A stretch of 40,000 nucleotides of DNA from Nitrospirota bacterium (GTDB taxonomy: Bacteria; Nitrospirota; UBA9217), in NCBI GenBank assembly GCA_963845065.1, contig CAWJQQ010000001.1, positions 811,540 to 851,539 on the forward strand, read 5' to 3'. The notes under the pieces were generated by a model that saw only the letters and a list, made by a program, of their open reading frames with translations, ran no database searches and was not told where the DNA came from. This document shows, piece after piece, positions 17,877 to 26,004 of the stretch; position 1 is the stretch's first letter, and every line of letters starts with the position of its first letter. The position numbers and the translations under genes are program-made.

Positions 17877-18560
17877 GTGAAACAATCAAACAGAATATCC
17901 AGCGGAGCTGCATTCATCGGCGTGTTTTGCACTCTCATCATCGTTATTCTGACAGGCTGTACCGAAACACAGGCTACGCCCGCTCCAATCGGAACCGTAA
18001 AGCATCTCAAAAGCGGCACGTTGGAGCGACAGGACGGTAATGCCGTATGGAATCACCTGTCTCAAAACAGCGCCATCCGCGTAGGCGACCACCTGCGCAC
18101 CGGCCCCGACAGCGTTGCTGTGCTTACGCTGACACATATTGGCGTCGTTCTCATGAAATCAAACACGGAATACACGGTGGGCAGCGATCCGATGAATTTC
18201 AAGACCGTCCTGCACCGGGGTTACATCTGGATCAAGACCACACTTGCGCGAGGGGCGAAGCTGGACATCTCGACGTCCGATGCAGTAGCAGGCGTTCGAG
18301 GAACTAGGGTTTCCGTTCTCTCTGATGAGCATGGTGTCGACGTCTGTACGTGCACAGGAGAAGTGACGGTTACCCCAAAGAAGGGCAGGAATATGAGCGT
18401 CAATAGCGGCATGTACGACTCGATTGGTAAAGATGGAATCGCTAAGGCGCCGAAACACAGTAAACCGCTTCTGGAGAAGCTATGGAAAGGCGAGCAGTCT
18501 CGCTTTACTCCTTGCAGGGATTGCCATCAGAAAGGGAAAAAGGGAAAGGCAAATCTATAG
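17877..18560 (+). CDS. FecR-domain lipoprotein
   Basis: Lipobox ILTGC; FecR-like core ..IRVGDHLRTGPDSVAVLTL..VLHRGYIWIKT..AVAGVRGTRVSV; RBS AAGGAGG. Confidence 0.75.
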   Translation: MKQSNRISSGAAFIGVFCTLIIVILTGCTETQATPAPIGTVKHLKSGTLERQDGNAVWNHLSQNSAIRVGDHLRTGPDSVAVLTLTHIGVVLMKSNTEYTVGSDPMNFKTVLHRGYIWIKTTLARGAKLDISTSDAVAGVRGTRVSVLSDEHGVDVCTCTGEVTVTPKKGRNMSVNSGMYDSIGKDGIAKAPKHSKPLLEKLWKGEQSRFTPCRDCHQKGKKGKANL

Positions 18561-18639
18561 GCTTATGTCGTAGACATTCTACTGCCAGCCGCATGGGTGC
18601 GGAATTTGTCAATGACTTTGAGACACCCCGCGACCGAAT

Positions 18640-19659
18640 TTAGTGTACTTTCTCCTCGCTCACAGCGACCGGTTTAGGCTTGTTAATCCAAACGGCGTCT
18701 GGTAATGAGGGAGGAACAGGAACTTTTTTCACGAACCGCTCAGGATGTGCCTCATAGGCGGTACGAAGCACCTCGCCCCTGGCTTTCAGCACGTCCAGCG
18801 CGAGTCCGTAGTGGACAGACTCCGGCGTGAGCAGCCCAATGCCGGAGTGATGATGCTCGGTATTGTACCAGGGGAAAAAGACCTGGCAGAATCCCCGGCC
18901 GTCCTCAATGCAGCCGAACCGATCGGGGAAGTCCGGCCGGTACTTGAGCGTTTTGAACTGAGACTCTGAAAAAGGATTGTCATCGCTCGTATACGGTCTG
19001 CTGTGGGTCTTGGTGACGCCCAGATCGGCCATGAGCAAGGCGACCGGTTTCGACCTCATGGACGAGCCACGATCCGCATGTATTGTGAGCTGCCCTTTTT
19101 CTATATTCTGCTTGGCGCAGGTTTCCTTGATAAGCTTTTCCGCCAAGGCAGCCGATTCCCTGGGGGCGACCATCCAGCCGACGACGTAGCGGCTGAAGAT
19201 ATCCAGGATCACGTAGAGGTAAAAATAGGACCATTTTGCCGGGCCTAAAAGCTTGGTAATGTCCCAGGACCAGACTTGGTTCGGCGCAGTAGCCAGAAGC
19301 TCCGGCTTCTGATACACGGGGTGGCTGAGCTGGTTCCTGCGCTCCTTGACCTCCTGGTTCGCGTCGAGGATGCGGTACATGGTGCTTATAGAGCATTGAT
19401 ATGCGCCTTCATCCAATAGGGTTGCATAGACCTCCTGGGGCGCCTTGTCCACGAACCGCTCAGAATGAAGGACGTCAAGTACGTCTTGCCGTTCGTCTGA
19501 AGACAGAGCACGCGGCGGGCTCGGACGTTTCGTCGGCTCCATGGGAGGCGCATTTTTCCGCGCCTGTGTCCGGTAGAACCCGGAACGAGGGATGTCGAGC
19601 GATGCACATGCTGATTTGATCCCGATATCAGAGGAAAGAGTATGGGCGGCTTCCATCAT
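18640..19659 (-). CDS. IS3-family transposase OrfB (DDE integrase core)
   Basis: WSWDITKL..HADRGSSMRS..YNTEHHHSGIG. The frame stays open upstream through the A9 run. Confidence 0.9.
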   Translation of the reverse strand: MMEAAHTLSSDIGIKSACASLDIPRSGFYRTQARKNAPPMEPTKRPSPPRALSSDERQDVLDVLHSERFVDKAPQEVYATLLDEGAYQCSISTMYRILDANQEVKERRNQLSHPVYQKPELLATAPNQVWSWDITKLLGPAKWSYFYLYVILDIFSRYVVGWMVAPRESAALAEKLIKETCAKQNIEKGQLTIHADRGSSMRSKPVALLMADLGVTKTHSRPYTSDDNPFSESQFKTLKYRPDFPDRFGCIEDGRGFCQVFFPWYNTEHHHSGIGLLTPESVHYGLALDVLKARGEVLRTAYEAHPERFVKKVPVPPSLPDAVWINKPKPVAVSEEKVH

Positions 19660-20159
19660 TCGTTCTTTCCACTCTCGTCGGTCGCAATCGGGATCCCCAG
19701 AATCGCCGATATTTTTTTTTGAACATCGATGATGATTTCGGCCTGCCTGAGGCGATTGGTAAGCCGGTCATTCTCCTTGCGGAGTTTCTCGTTCTCTACC
19801 CGCAAAGGATTCCGGACGGTTTCCTTTCGTCCCCGTTTTTTGGGCGCGAGGCCGGATAGTACGCCGCGATCGCGCTGACCTCGCCAAGTGTTGAGATTTG
19901 ATGCATAGAGTCCTTCACGGCGCAGGAGCTCACCAAGGCACCCAGGCTCATTGCAGGCATCGGCCAGTGTCAGAACGCGCAGCTTATATTCAGCCGTAAA
20001 ACGTCGCCGGGCGGCTTTAACCGGAACTTCTGGATCAGGTGGGGCCGCAGCAGCACCATGAAGCAAACTGACTTCTTTAGGTGCTCCTCCCCAGGGAACC
20101 TCAGTCGCCCTACGGGCTCCTTCGTTTCCCTGGGATGCTTTGATCTTTGATGCTACCAT
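19656..20159 (-). CDS. IS3-family transposase OrfA (HTH)
   Basis: RRRFTAEYKLRVLTLAD..LLRREGLYASNLNTWRGQRD, followed by a leucine-zipper-like tail. Its stop overlaps the orfB ATG (ATGA). Confidence 0.9.
   Translation of the reverse strand: MVASKIKASQGNEGARRATEVPWGGAPKEVSLLHGAAAAPPDPEVPVKAARRRFTAEYKLRVLTLADACNEPGCLGELLRREGLYASNLNTWRGQRDRGVLSGLAPKKRGRKETVRNPLRVENEKLRKENDRLTNRLRQAEIIIDVQKKISAILGIPIATDESGKNE
19712..19720 (-). promoter_or_regulatory. A9 slippery run (CAA AAA AAA A), candidate -1 programmed frameshift site producing OrfAB
   Basis: T9 on the plus strand. orfB is in the -1 frame relative to orfA and is open across this site. Confidence 0.6.
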
Positions 20160-20816
20160 ATAGATTTCTCCTCCCCGCCCTCTACTCTAATTTACCACAG
20201 GGGAGGTGTCTCAGTTATATTGACACAGAGGGGTGTTGAGGGGACTGAAACTTATCAATGGACAACAGGAGCGCGCCTTCATAACGATAGAGCGCCCTTT
20301 GAAAGCACTATTTTTCGGAATGAGTAATCTGAGTGATGGCACATAAATCGTCATCACTTAATCCGTTCTACCTGGCAAATCGGGGAAAATAAAAAAAGAT
20401 AACAAAAGGAGAATATGTTAATCATGTCTATGCGGGTTACAAACCGAATCTGTTGATTGTTGCAAACAATTAGAATTACACACTTGAGGTGTACCTTACA
20501 GAGATCCTAATTTTGATCGAAGTGCAGAATCGGTAGTAACTATAAGTGCGATATTCTTACAGAAGCATGCATGCTTTAGACTGCACGGATTGCACAATAC
20601 ATCTATTCTTTCTCTTCTCAAGTTCCCGAATCATGCATGTCCATTATCGCTTCAATTCAGTTGCTATTAAAATCGTTATGCAAAAATTCATTCCTATTTT
20701 GGGGGAATGTGCGGAGAGAATTATGAGATAAAGTAAGAGGGGAGCGCCCGGTTACAGCCCGAGTACTGCCCCTTGGAGCTGAAAAATATTTATTTTATTG
20801 AAAATATATAAAATAT

Positions 20817-20848
20817 TGGCGGGAGAGCATGAGAATCGAACTCGTGCA
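20817..20848 (-). other. tRNA 3'-end-like fragment (T-arm plus acceptor plus CCA), not a complete tRNA
   Basis: Minus strand GCACGAGTTCGATTCTCATGCTCTCCCGCCA: a TTCGATT T-loop, a stem with one C/A mismatch, and an acceptor-like GCTCTCC(C)GCCA. No D or anticodon arms upstream. Confidence 0.3.
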
Positions 20849-20988
20849 TATGCATAATATATCAATGACTTACAGACTTATACGGTATGTTCACGGTATG
20901 AAATGAATTAACAGGATAAAGAGTCATCGTTAATTTTTTCAGATTCATCGTGTTCTGGAGCCATTGACATAAGAATTTGAGAGGGAAA

Positions 20989-21149
20989 TTACGGGAAATA
21001 TTTATAAATGTCTTTGCGATTTAGGAACCGCACGAGGATGACGGAATCATTCTTCAATACTAGGCCGAGCCGATAATCTCCGACTCTTAGACGGAAGTAG
21101 TTGTCCTGTCCCTTAAGCTTTTTTAAATTAGAAATAATAGAGAGGGAAT
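20989..21149 (-). pseudogene. RelE/ParE-family toxin gene, C-terminal piece (split by the IS4 element; extra A in an A7 run)
   Basis: ..KKLKGQDNYFRLRVGDYRLGLVLKNDSVILVRFLNRKDIYKYFP*. Confidence 0.75.
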
Positions 21150-22472
21150 CAGTAATGTCCGGTTACGTTTTTGCATGGAGAATGCCTTCTCCGGACATTT
21201 TATAGCAGTCACGGTCAGGCGGCACGTTCTCAAACTCAGTAGATTCATTTTTGATTTTGCAGCGTAGCTCTCTGACCCTTTTTATACTGACTTTCTCATT
21301 GTGCTGTTCGTGGCAATAAATAGCGAGAAGCAGGTAGGTGATGAGGCCTCCCAGTATTTGGACCATGAGACCATGCTTGCTTCTTGCAATCAAGTGATAG
21401 ACCTTCAAATGGCGTTTCCACCAGCCGAAGAAGGTTTCTATGTTCCATCGGAGCTTGTAAACCAGCGCTACCTCCTCGGCTGAAAGATCGTACCGATCGG
21501 TAGCAACCCAGTATTCTTTATTCGCGACACGATAGGCGACTACACGGAGTTCTTTTTCCGTTTGATTCACGCCTTTGGTCCCGAGCAGGACAACGGCGTC
21601 ATAGAAAACAATGCTTCCTGGCTTAACGGTATTGGCCTTGATAATAGTAATCGTTGTGTTTTCTTTGATCCGGCAGACAAAATATTTTCTCTCAATCTGC
21701 CACTGATCGAAGCTCTTATGCCGCTGATAGTAACGATCCAGAACACTGGTCTGACCCGGAGAAATAATCTGGCTTACAAAAGGGCGTTCATCTCCTTTGC
21801 CGTGGGTCAAAAATATCTTCGTCGGAATACCACGATTGATATCGAAGCCTATATGCGTCTTGGCTTTTTTTGAGCCGCCCCGATAATCGGCCCAGTGCAT
21901 GGAAAGGACTGCATCTATCAAAGATCCATCAACGGCGATAAGGTCGCCGAGATTGCCGTATTCAGTCGGAAGCAGCTTGGTGGCTTTGGCTTGGAGTGCC
22001 AAATATAATTCCATAAGTTGATCAAGGCCTCTTGAATTAATGGCCTCGAAAAAACTGCTTTTATTAATACCGGATTTCGGCGCAATCGTCTGTCGGGCAA
22101 AATCATCTTCCTTGAGGACTTGCAACAGGTGACGACCTGAAGTGTGTTCCTCAAGGTGAAAGTAAATGAGCGCATGAAGCTGATCTTCAAATTCCATTTG
22201 TAGCGGCCTGTTTCCTCGTGCCTTAAGTAGCGTGATGTCGCTTAACGGCGCTTCCAGCGGTTGAAGCAGAAGGCTGAATGATGGTCGTTTGCCTGATTTG
22301 TTCTTCGGATCGAGCACATAGGGCATTTTCGTAACTCCTTGCAGTTAAAGGTATTTACGAAAATTTTTTCTGTGCACGTTTTTCTAAATGTCAAGTTAAT
22401 AGCGACCGAACATTAGAATGTTATGCTTTTTTATTGTCTCCTTTGAATGCAATTTGCTAACCGGACAACGCT
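21150..22472 (-). mobile_element. IS4-family insertion sequence with 10-bp target duplication GAGAGGGAAT
   Basis: Direct repeats at 21140-21149 and 22473-22482. Ends CAGTAATGTCCGGTTA.. and ..TAACCGGACAACGCT share inverted TGTCCGGTTA. Confidence 0.85.
21163..22326 (-). CDS. IS4-family DDE transposase
   Basis: LIAVDGSLIDA, VLDRYYQRH, YKLRWNIETFFGWWKRHL (Y-R-E-K signature). Confidence 0.9.
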   Translation of the reverse strand: MPYVLDPKNKSGKRPSFSLLLQPLEAPLSDITLLKARGNRPLQMEFEDQLHALIYFHLEEHTSGRHLLQVLKEDDFARQTIAPKSGINKSSFFEAINSRGLDQLMELYLALQAKATKLLPTEYGNLGDLIAVDGSLIDAVLSMHWADYRGGSKKAKTHIGFDINRGIPTKIFLTHGKGDERPFVSQIISPGQTSVLDRYYQRHKSFDQWQIERKYFVCRIKENTTITIIKANTVKPGSIVFYDAVVLLGTKGVNQTEKELRVVAYRVANKEYWVATDRYDLSAEEVALVYKLRWNIETFFGWWKRHLKVYHLIARSKHGLMVQILGGLITYLLLAIYCHEQHNEKVSIKRVRELRCKIKNESTEFENVPPDRDCYKMSGEGILHAKT

Positions 22473-22588
22473 GAGAGGGAATGAACTTTTTCGATAGTCT
22501 CGATGATTTCCTTGACCTTTTTCAAAACGGCTTTGTCTTTGATACCTTTTAAGTCCTTTACAAAACTATCTCTGAAGTCTACTTTCAT
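22473..22588 (-). pseudogene. RelE/ParE-family toxin gene, N-terminal piece
   Basis: MKVDFRDSFVKDLKGIKDKAVLKKVKEIIETIEKVHSLS; its ATG overlaps the antitoxin stop (TAATG). Confidence 0.75.
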
Positions 22589-22794
22589 TATTTGCTCGTA
22601 AAAATTTTGAAGACAGCGGAACGGCTGACGGGTTTGCTGTGGAGGCCTTGTTCGATTGCATGCGCAAGAGCAATTTCCTCGATTGCATCTTCGACAATGT
22701 CCTGCACCAAGGCCCGTTGTTCATGGAGCGCTTCAGTAACGGCCGATTTCATCAGCGTTTTTAATTTTTTCTCATCTAGTGTCGCTGTTGCCAT
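22588..22794 (-). CDS. Putative antitoxin (68 aa) of the disrupted RelE/ParE pair
   Basis: MATATLDEKKLKTLMKSAVTEALHEQRALVQDIVEDAIEEIALAHAIEQG..; RBS GAGGGAGA. Position and overlap are typical of a type II TA pair. Confidence 0.6.
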   Translation of the reverse strand: MATATLDEKKLKTLMKSAVTEALHEQRALVQDIVEDAIEEIALAHAIEQGLHSKPVSRSAVFKIFTSK

Positions 22795-22964
22795 AAGTTT
22801 CTCCCTCATGATTCTTACACTATCATAGTATAATAAAAAACTCAGGTCAATGGAAAAAGCAGGTAAGTTCTTGCCGTGCATCAGACTCTTTAGACATAGT
22901 TCTAGAAAATGAATAGCATATTATAGTTAGGATCAGAGTATCTGGAACTAAAATTCAGATTGAA

Positions 22965-25038
22965 GTGTGCAATTGTTTCGATTTACAATAACTCGCGAGG
23001 TCCATCCTGTCGCGCCAGGTTAAGCCTGGGAAAGGTGGTGGACCAGAAACCGAAACCTTTCGTAGTGATTCTGTAGGTAACCAATCCTACCTGGCAAAGC
23101 CTGGTCAGCAGCCAGAAGCGAGTCTTGCATGCGCATAGGTGACTATGTGTGTGAAGCGTAGACAGCTACTGCAAAAGCCGTGTCATTGAGCCCCGAAATA
23201 GCCTTGCGGGAGCTTTCGTTTTCAGGATGACGGGAGCAGCATCGATCATGCAGTACCGACCTCACATGATCGGTCCTACCGGGGTCAAAGAGCAGGGCAA
23301 ATGCAGAAGAGGATCACCTAGGAACCTGGGAGATCTTGCCACTCCGTCTTTGGAGCACCGGTGGGGATAACGGAACGAATAACTCCAGGCCCCAAGCGTC
23401 ATCGCGCAGAGACGCTTAGGGAGGTGCGTGATGGCACGAAACAAAACAATCAGCGCGGAAGACGGTATCGCCAACTGAAGGAAACGAAAGGCGGCGAAAC
23501 GGGAAGCAAGATGTCGTAGCGCCCTCATAGAACTGATGATGCAGGGGAACAAATCCCATTGGACCCTGCGGAGGTAAGGGGGGCGTCGTGTTGTAGAACC
23601 GTTGATGGGAAACACAGAGGATGCGATGGAATCCGAAAACACAGTGTACACGAAACAGCAACGGATAGCAGAACTTGCGAGGATTCACCCTGATGTAAGT
23701 TTCACGTCTCTCACCCATCACATTGATTTAGTGTGGCTCTATGAAGCATTCGGTCGAACGCGGAAGGACGGAGCAACGGGAATAGATGCGCAGACAGCAG
23801 AAGAGTACGAGAAGGAGCTGAATGCGAATCTGCGGTCACTATTAGAACGCGCTAAATCGGGAAAGTACTTTGCGCCGCCGGTGTTGCGGGCGCATATCCC
23901 GAAAGACCCGGCAAAGAATGAAACCCGTCCTATCGGCATACCGACGTTCGAGGATAAGGTGATTCAGAGGGCTATACAAATGGTGTTGGAGCCACTATAT
24001 GAACAGGAATTTCTGGACTGCTCATATGGGTTCCGGACAAGGCGTTCTGCCCACGACGCGCTGCAATCGTTGTGGACGCAGATGATGGACATAGGCGGAT
24101 GCTGGATCATCGATTTGGATATTCGGAAGTTTTTCGATACGATGGTTCACGAGCACATCAGGGAGATACTCAAGAGGCGGGTGAGTGACGGAGTAATAAC
24201 GAGACTCATAGGGAAGTGGTTGAAAGCCGGTGTATGGGAAGCAGGAAACATCAGTTACCCAGAGAAGGGTACTCCTCAAGGCGGCGTGATTTCCCCCATG
24301 CTGAGTAATATTTATCTTCATGAGGTGCTGGACCTGTGGTTTGAGAAGGAAGTAAAACCACGCCTCCGTGGCAAAGCGTTTCTGATTCGTTACGCAGATG
24401 ACGCAGTGTTGGGGTTTGCGCTCGAAGAAGATACCCGGAGAGTGATGGAAGTACTTCCGAAGCGGTTTGCCCGATTTGGCCTGACGATCCACCCGGAGAA
24501 GACACGCGTGGTGAAGTTCATAAAACCGGATAACACCAACTCGGGAGGCCACAGCCAGGACAAGGACAACACGTTCAACTTTCTAGGATTTACTCACTAC
24601 TGGGCGACGTCCCGTAAGGGCATGGCGGTGATCAAGCGAAGTACCGAGAAGAGCCGGTTCGTGCGAGCGCTCCTGAAGATCAAGGAGTGGTGCAAGGTCA
24701 ACCGGCACACCCCTCTGAAGGAGCAGCATAAGACGCTGAACCAGAAACTCCGAGGCCACGACGCTTATTACGGGATTAGAGGCAACAGTCAGATGCTGTC
24801 GAACTTCCATCACAAGGTGAGACGGATCTGGCGCAAATGGCTACAGCGAAGGTCGTGCGATGGTAGTATCCCGTGGGATAACTTCGCACTATTAGAAAAA
24901 GCCTACCCACTTGTGTCAGCGAGAATCGTTCACTCCATATACTTACGCAAAGCTACAGCATGAAGAACCGAATGCGTTAATCGCGCACGTTCGGGTCTGT
25001 GGGGGCTGGGGCAGGTGACTGCCCTGGCCTACCTGGCT
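22965..25038 (+). mobile_element. Group II intron copy 2, apparently intact
   Basis: 5' GTGTGC at 22965 (GUGYG); domain V-like GAACCGAATGCGttaatcGCGCACGTTCGGGTC at ~24965-24997; domain VI-like hairpin with a bulged A ending ~25038; intact RT ORF in domain IV. Confidence 0.8.
23602..24963 (+). CDS. Group II intron reverse transcriptase/maturase (no endonuclease domain)
   Basis: RPIGIPTFEDKVIQRAI, TPQGGVISPMLSNIYLH, IRYADDAV, X-domain LRGHDAYYGIRGN. Confidence 0.95.
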   Translation: MMGNTEDAMESENTVYTKQQRIAELARIHPDVSFTSLTHHIDLVWLYEAFGRTRKDGATGIDAQTAEEYEKELNANLRSLLERAKSGKYFAPPVLRAHIPKDPAKNETRPIGIPTFEDKVIQRAIQMVLEPLYEQEFLDCSYGFRTRRSAHDALQSLWTQMMDIGGCWIIDLDIRKFFDTMVHEHIREILKRRVSDGVITRLIGKWLKAGVWEAGNISYPEKGTPQGGVISPMLSNIYLHEVLDLWFEKEVKPRLRGKAFLIRYADDAVLGFALEEDTRRVMEVLPKRFARFGLTIHPEKTRVVKFIKPDNTNSGGHSQDKDNTFNFLGFTHYWATSRKGMAVIKRSTEKSRFVRALLKIKEWCKVNRHTPLKEQHKTLNQKLRGHDAYYGIRGNSQMLSNFHHKVRRIWRKWLQRRSCDGSIPWDNFALLEKAYPLVSARIVHSIYLRKATA

Positions 25039-25120
25039 AGCAAATGAGTTTAAATTTATTGCAACAAGGTAAGTATCAAACTGAATATGTTAATTTGAAG
25101 AATATTTTTTTGCTTGCATG

Positions 25121-25138
25121 TATAGCAATAATGCTATA
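25121..25138. promoter_or_regulatory. Inverted repeat TATAGCA-ataa-TGCTATA overlapping the -10 region upstream of higB (candidate HigA operator)
   Basis: Read directly. TTGCAT/TATAAT-like hexamers flank it (25115-25120, 25140-25145). Confidence 0.4.
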
Positions 25139-25143
25139 TTATA

Positions 25144-25503
25144 ATGCTCATGCAATGGTCACTAGAATATTATGTAGATGAAAATGGGAAATCGCCCGTA
25201 AAATATTTTATCGACGCAATCTCTGCCGAAAGTAAAGCAAAATTTATTTTCATAGCTGACCTTCTCACTGAATATGGTCTGAGTGTGCGAGAACCCTATG
25301 TTAAACCCATTACCGGTTCGCGGAAACTTTTTGAGATCAGGCTGAAAGACCATCAAAATATTCACCGTGTATTCTACTTCGCCAGTACTGGCAGGAAACT
25401 GATTCTCTTACATGGATTTACGAAGAAAACCGACAAGACACCTCGGCGGGAAATCGACATCGCAGAAGCAAGAATGAAAGATTATTTGGCAAAAAGAGGA
25501 TGA
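25144..25503 (+). CDS. higB: HigB-like toxin (phage Gp49-like / RelE superfamily)
   Basis: (M)QWSLEYYVDENGKSPVKYFI..LFEIRLKDHQNIHRVFYFASTGRKLILLHGFTKKTDKTPRREIDIAE. The true start is probably ATG 25150. It overlaps the antitoxin start by 4 nt. Confidence 0.8.
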   Translation: MLMQWSLEYYVDENGKSPVKYFIDAISAESKAKFIFIADLLTEYGLSVREPYVKPITGSRKLFEIRLKDHQNIHRVFYFASTGRKLILLHGFTKKTDKTPRREIDIAEARMKDYLAKRG

Positions 25504-25793
25504 TTATGAATTACAAAGAACACAGGAAAGAGTTGCTAAGCAACAAAGCGGTCAAGGCAGAACATGAGAAACTCCTACCCGAATATGAACTTGCTAGGAG
25601 CATTCTGGAACAACGTCTAAAGAAAAAGATGACACAACTTGATGTCGCTAAGAAGACCGGTATGCCACAATCTTCTGTAGCACGAATTGAAGGATTAACC
25701 CATGGTCTGCCACGTCTGTCAACACTTAAGAAGATTGCTCAGGCTCTGGACGCGGAACTTATTATAACGCTGAAAGCAAAAAAGACCGCGTAA
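25500..25793 (+). CDS. higA: HigA-like antitoxin, XRE-family HTH
   Basis: ..LKKKMTQLDVAKKTGMPQSSVARIEG..; toxin-first gene order is typical of HigBA. Confidence 0.8.
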   Translation: MIMNYKEHRKELLSNKAVKAEHEKLLPEYELARSILEQRLKKKMTQLDVAKKTGMPQSSVARIEGLTHGLPRLSTLKKIAQALDAELIITLKAKKTA

Positions 25794-26004
25794 TAGTATT
25801 GAGAAAACCATAATCGATGACCGTTACGGCAACAGCAAAAAATAGCTGAAAGCTGATCTGAGCGCTCTTGCCCAGGAAAGAGACCTGAATGATGATATCG
25901 ATCTATCAATCCATTCGATACAGAGAATGGGCAGATCCTAAGTATTCCAAATGAGATTATAGTTGCTCTTGAGGATAATACTATAACAAACGGTTCTTCA
26001 TCAC

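Larger units (their letters stand above)
18607..20225 (-). mobile_element. Intact IS3-family insertion sequence (orfA/orfB with -1 frameshift site)
   Basis: Terminal IRs TGTCAATGACTTTGAGACACCCC (18607-) and the reverse complement of GGGGAGGTGTCTCAGTTATATTGACA (-20225). No flanking direct repeat is visible. Confidence 0.9.

Noticed and set aside
20546-20731. 61-aa ORF in the AT-rich gap between the IS3 element and the tRNA-like relic
   Set aside because: It has no RBS, its composition is driven by AT-rich DNA, and it has no motif. It is probably non-coding.
20817-20900. A complete tRNA gene on the minus strand
   Set aside because: Only the T-arm and acceptor-like 3' portion is present. The upstream 50 nt cannot form D or anticodon arms.
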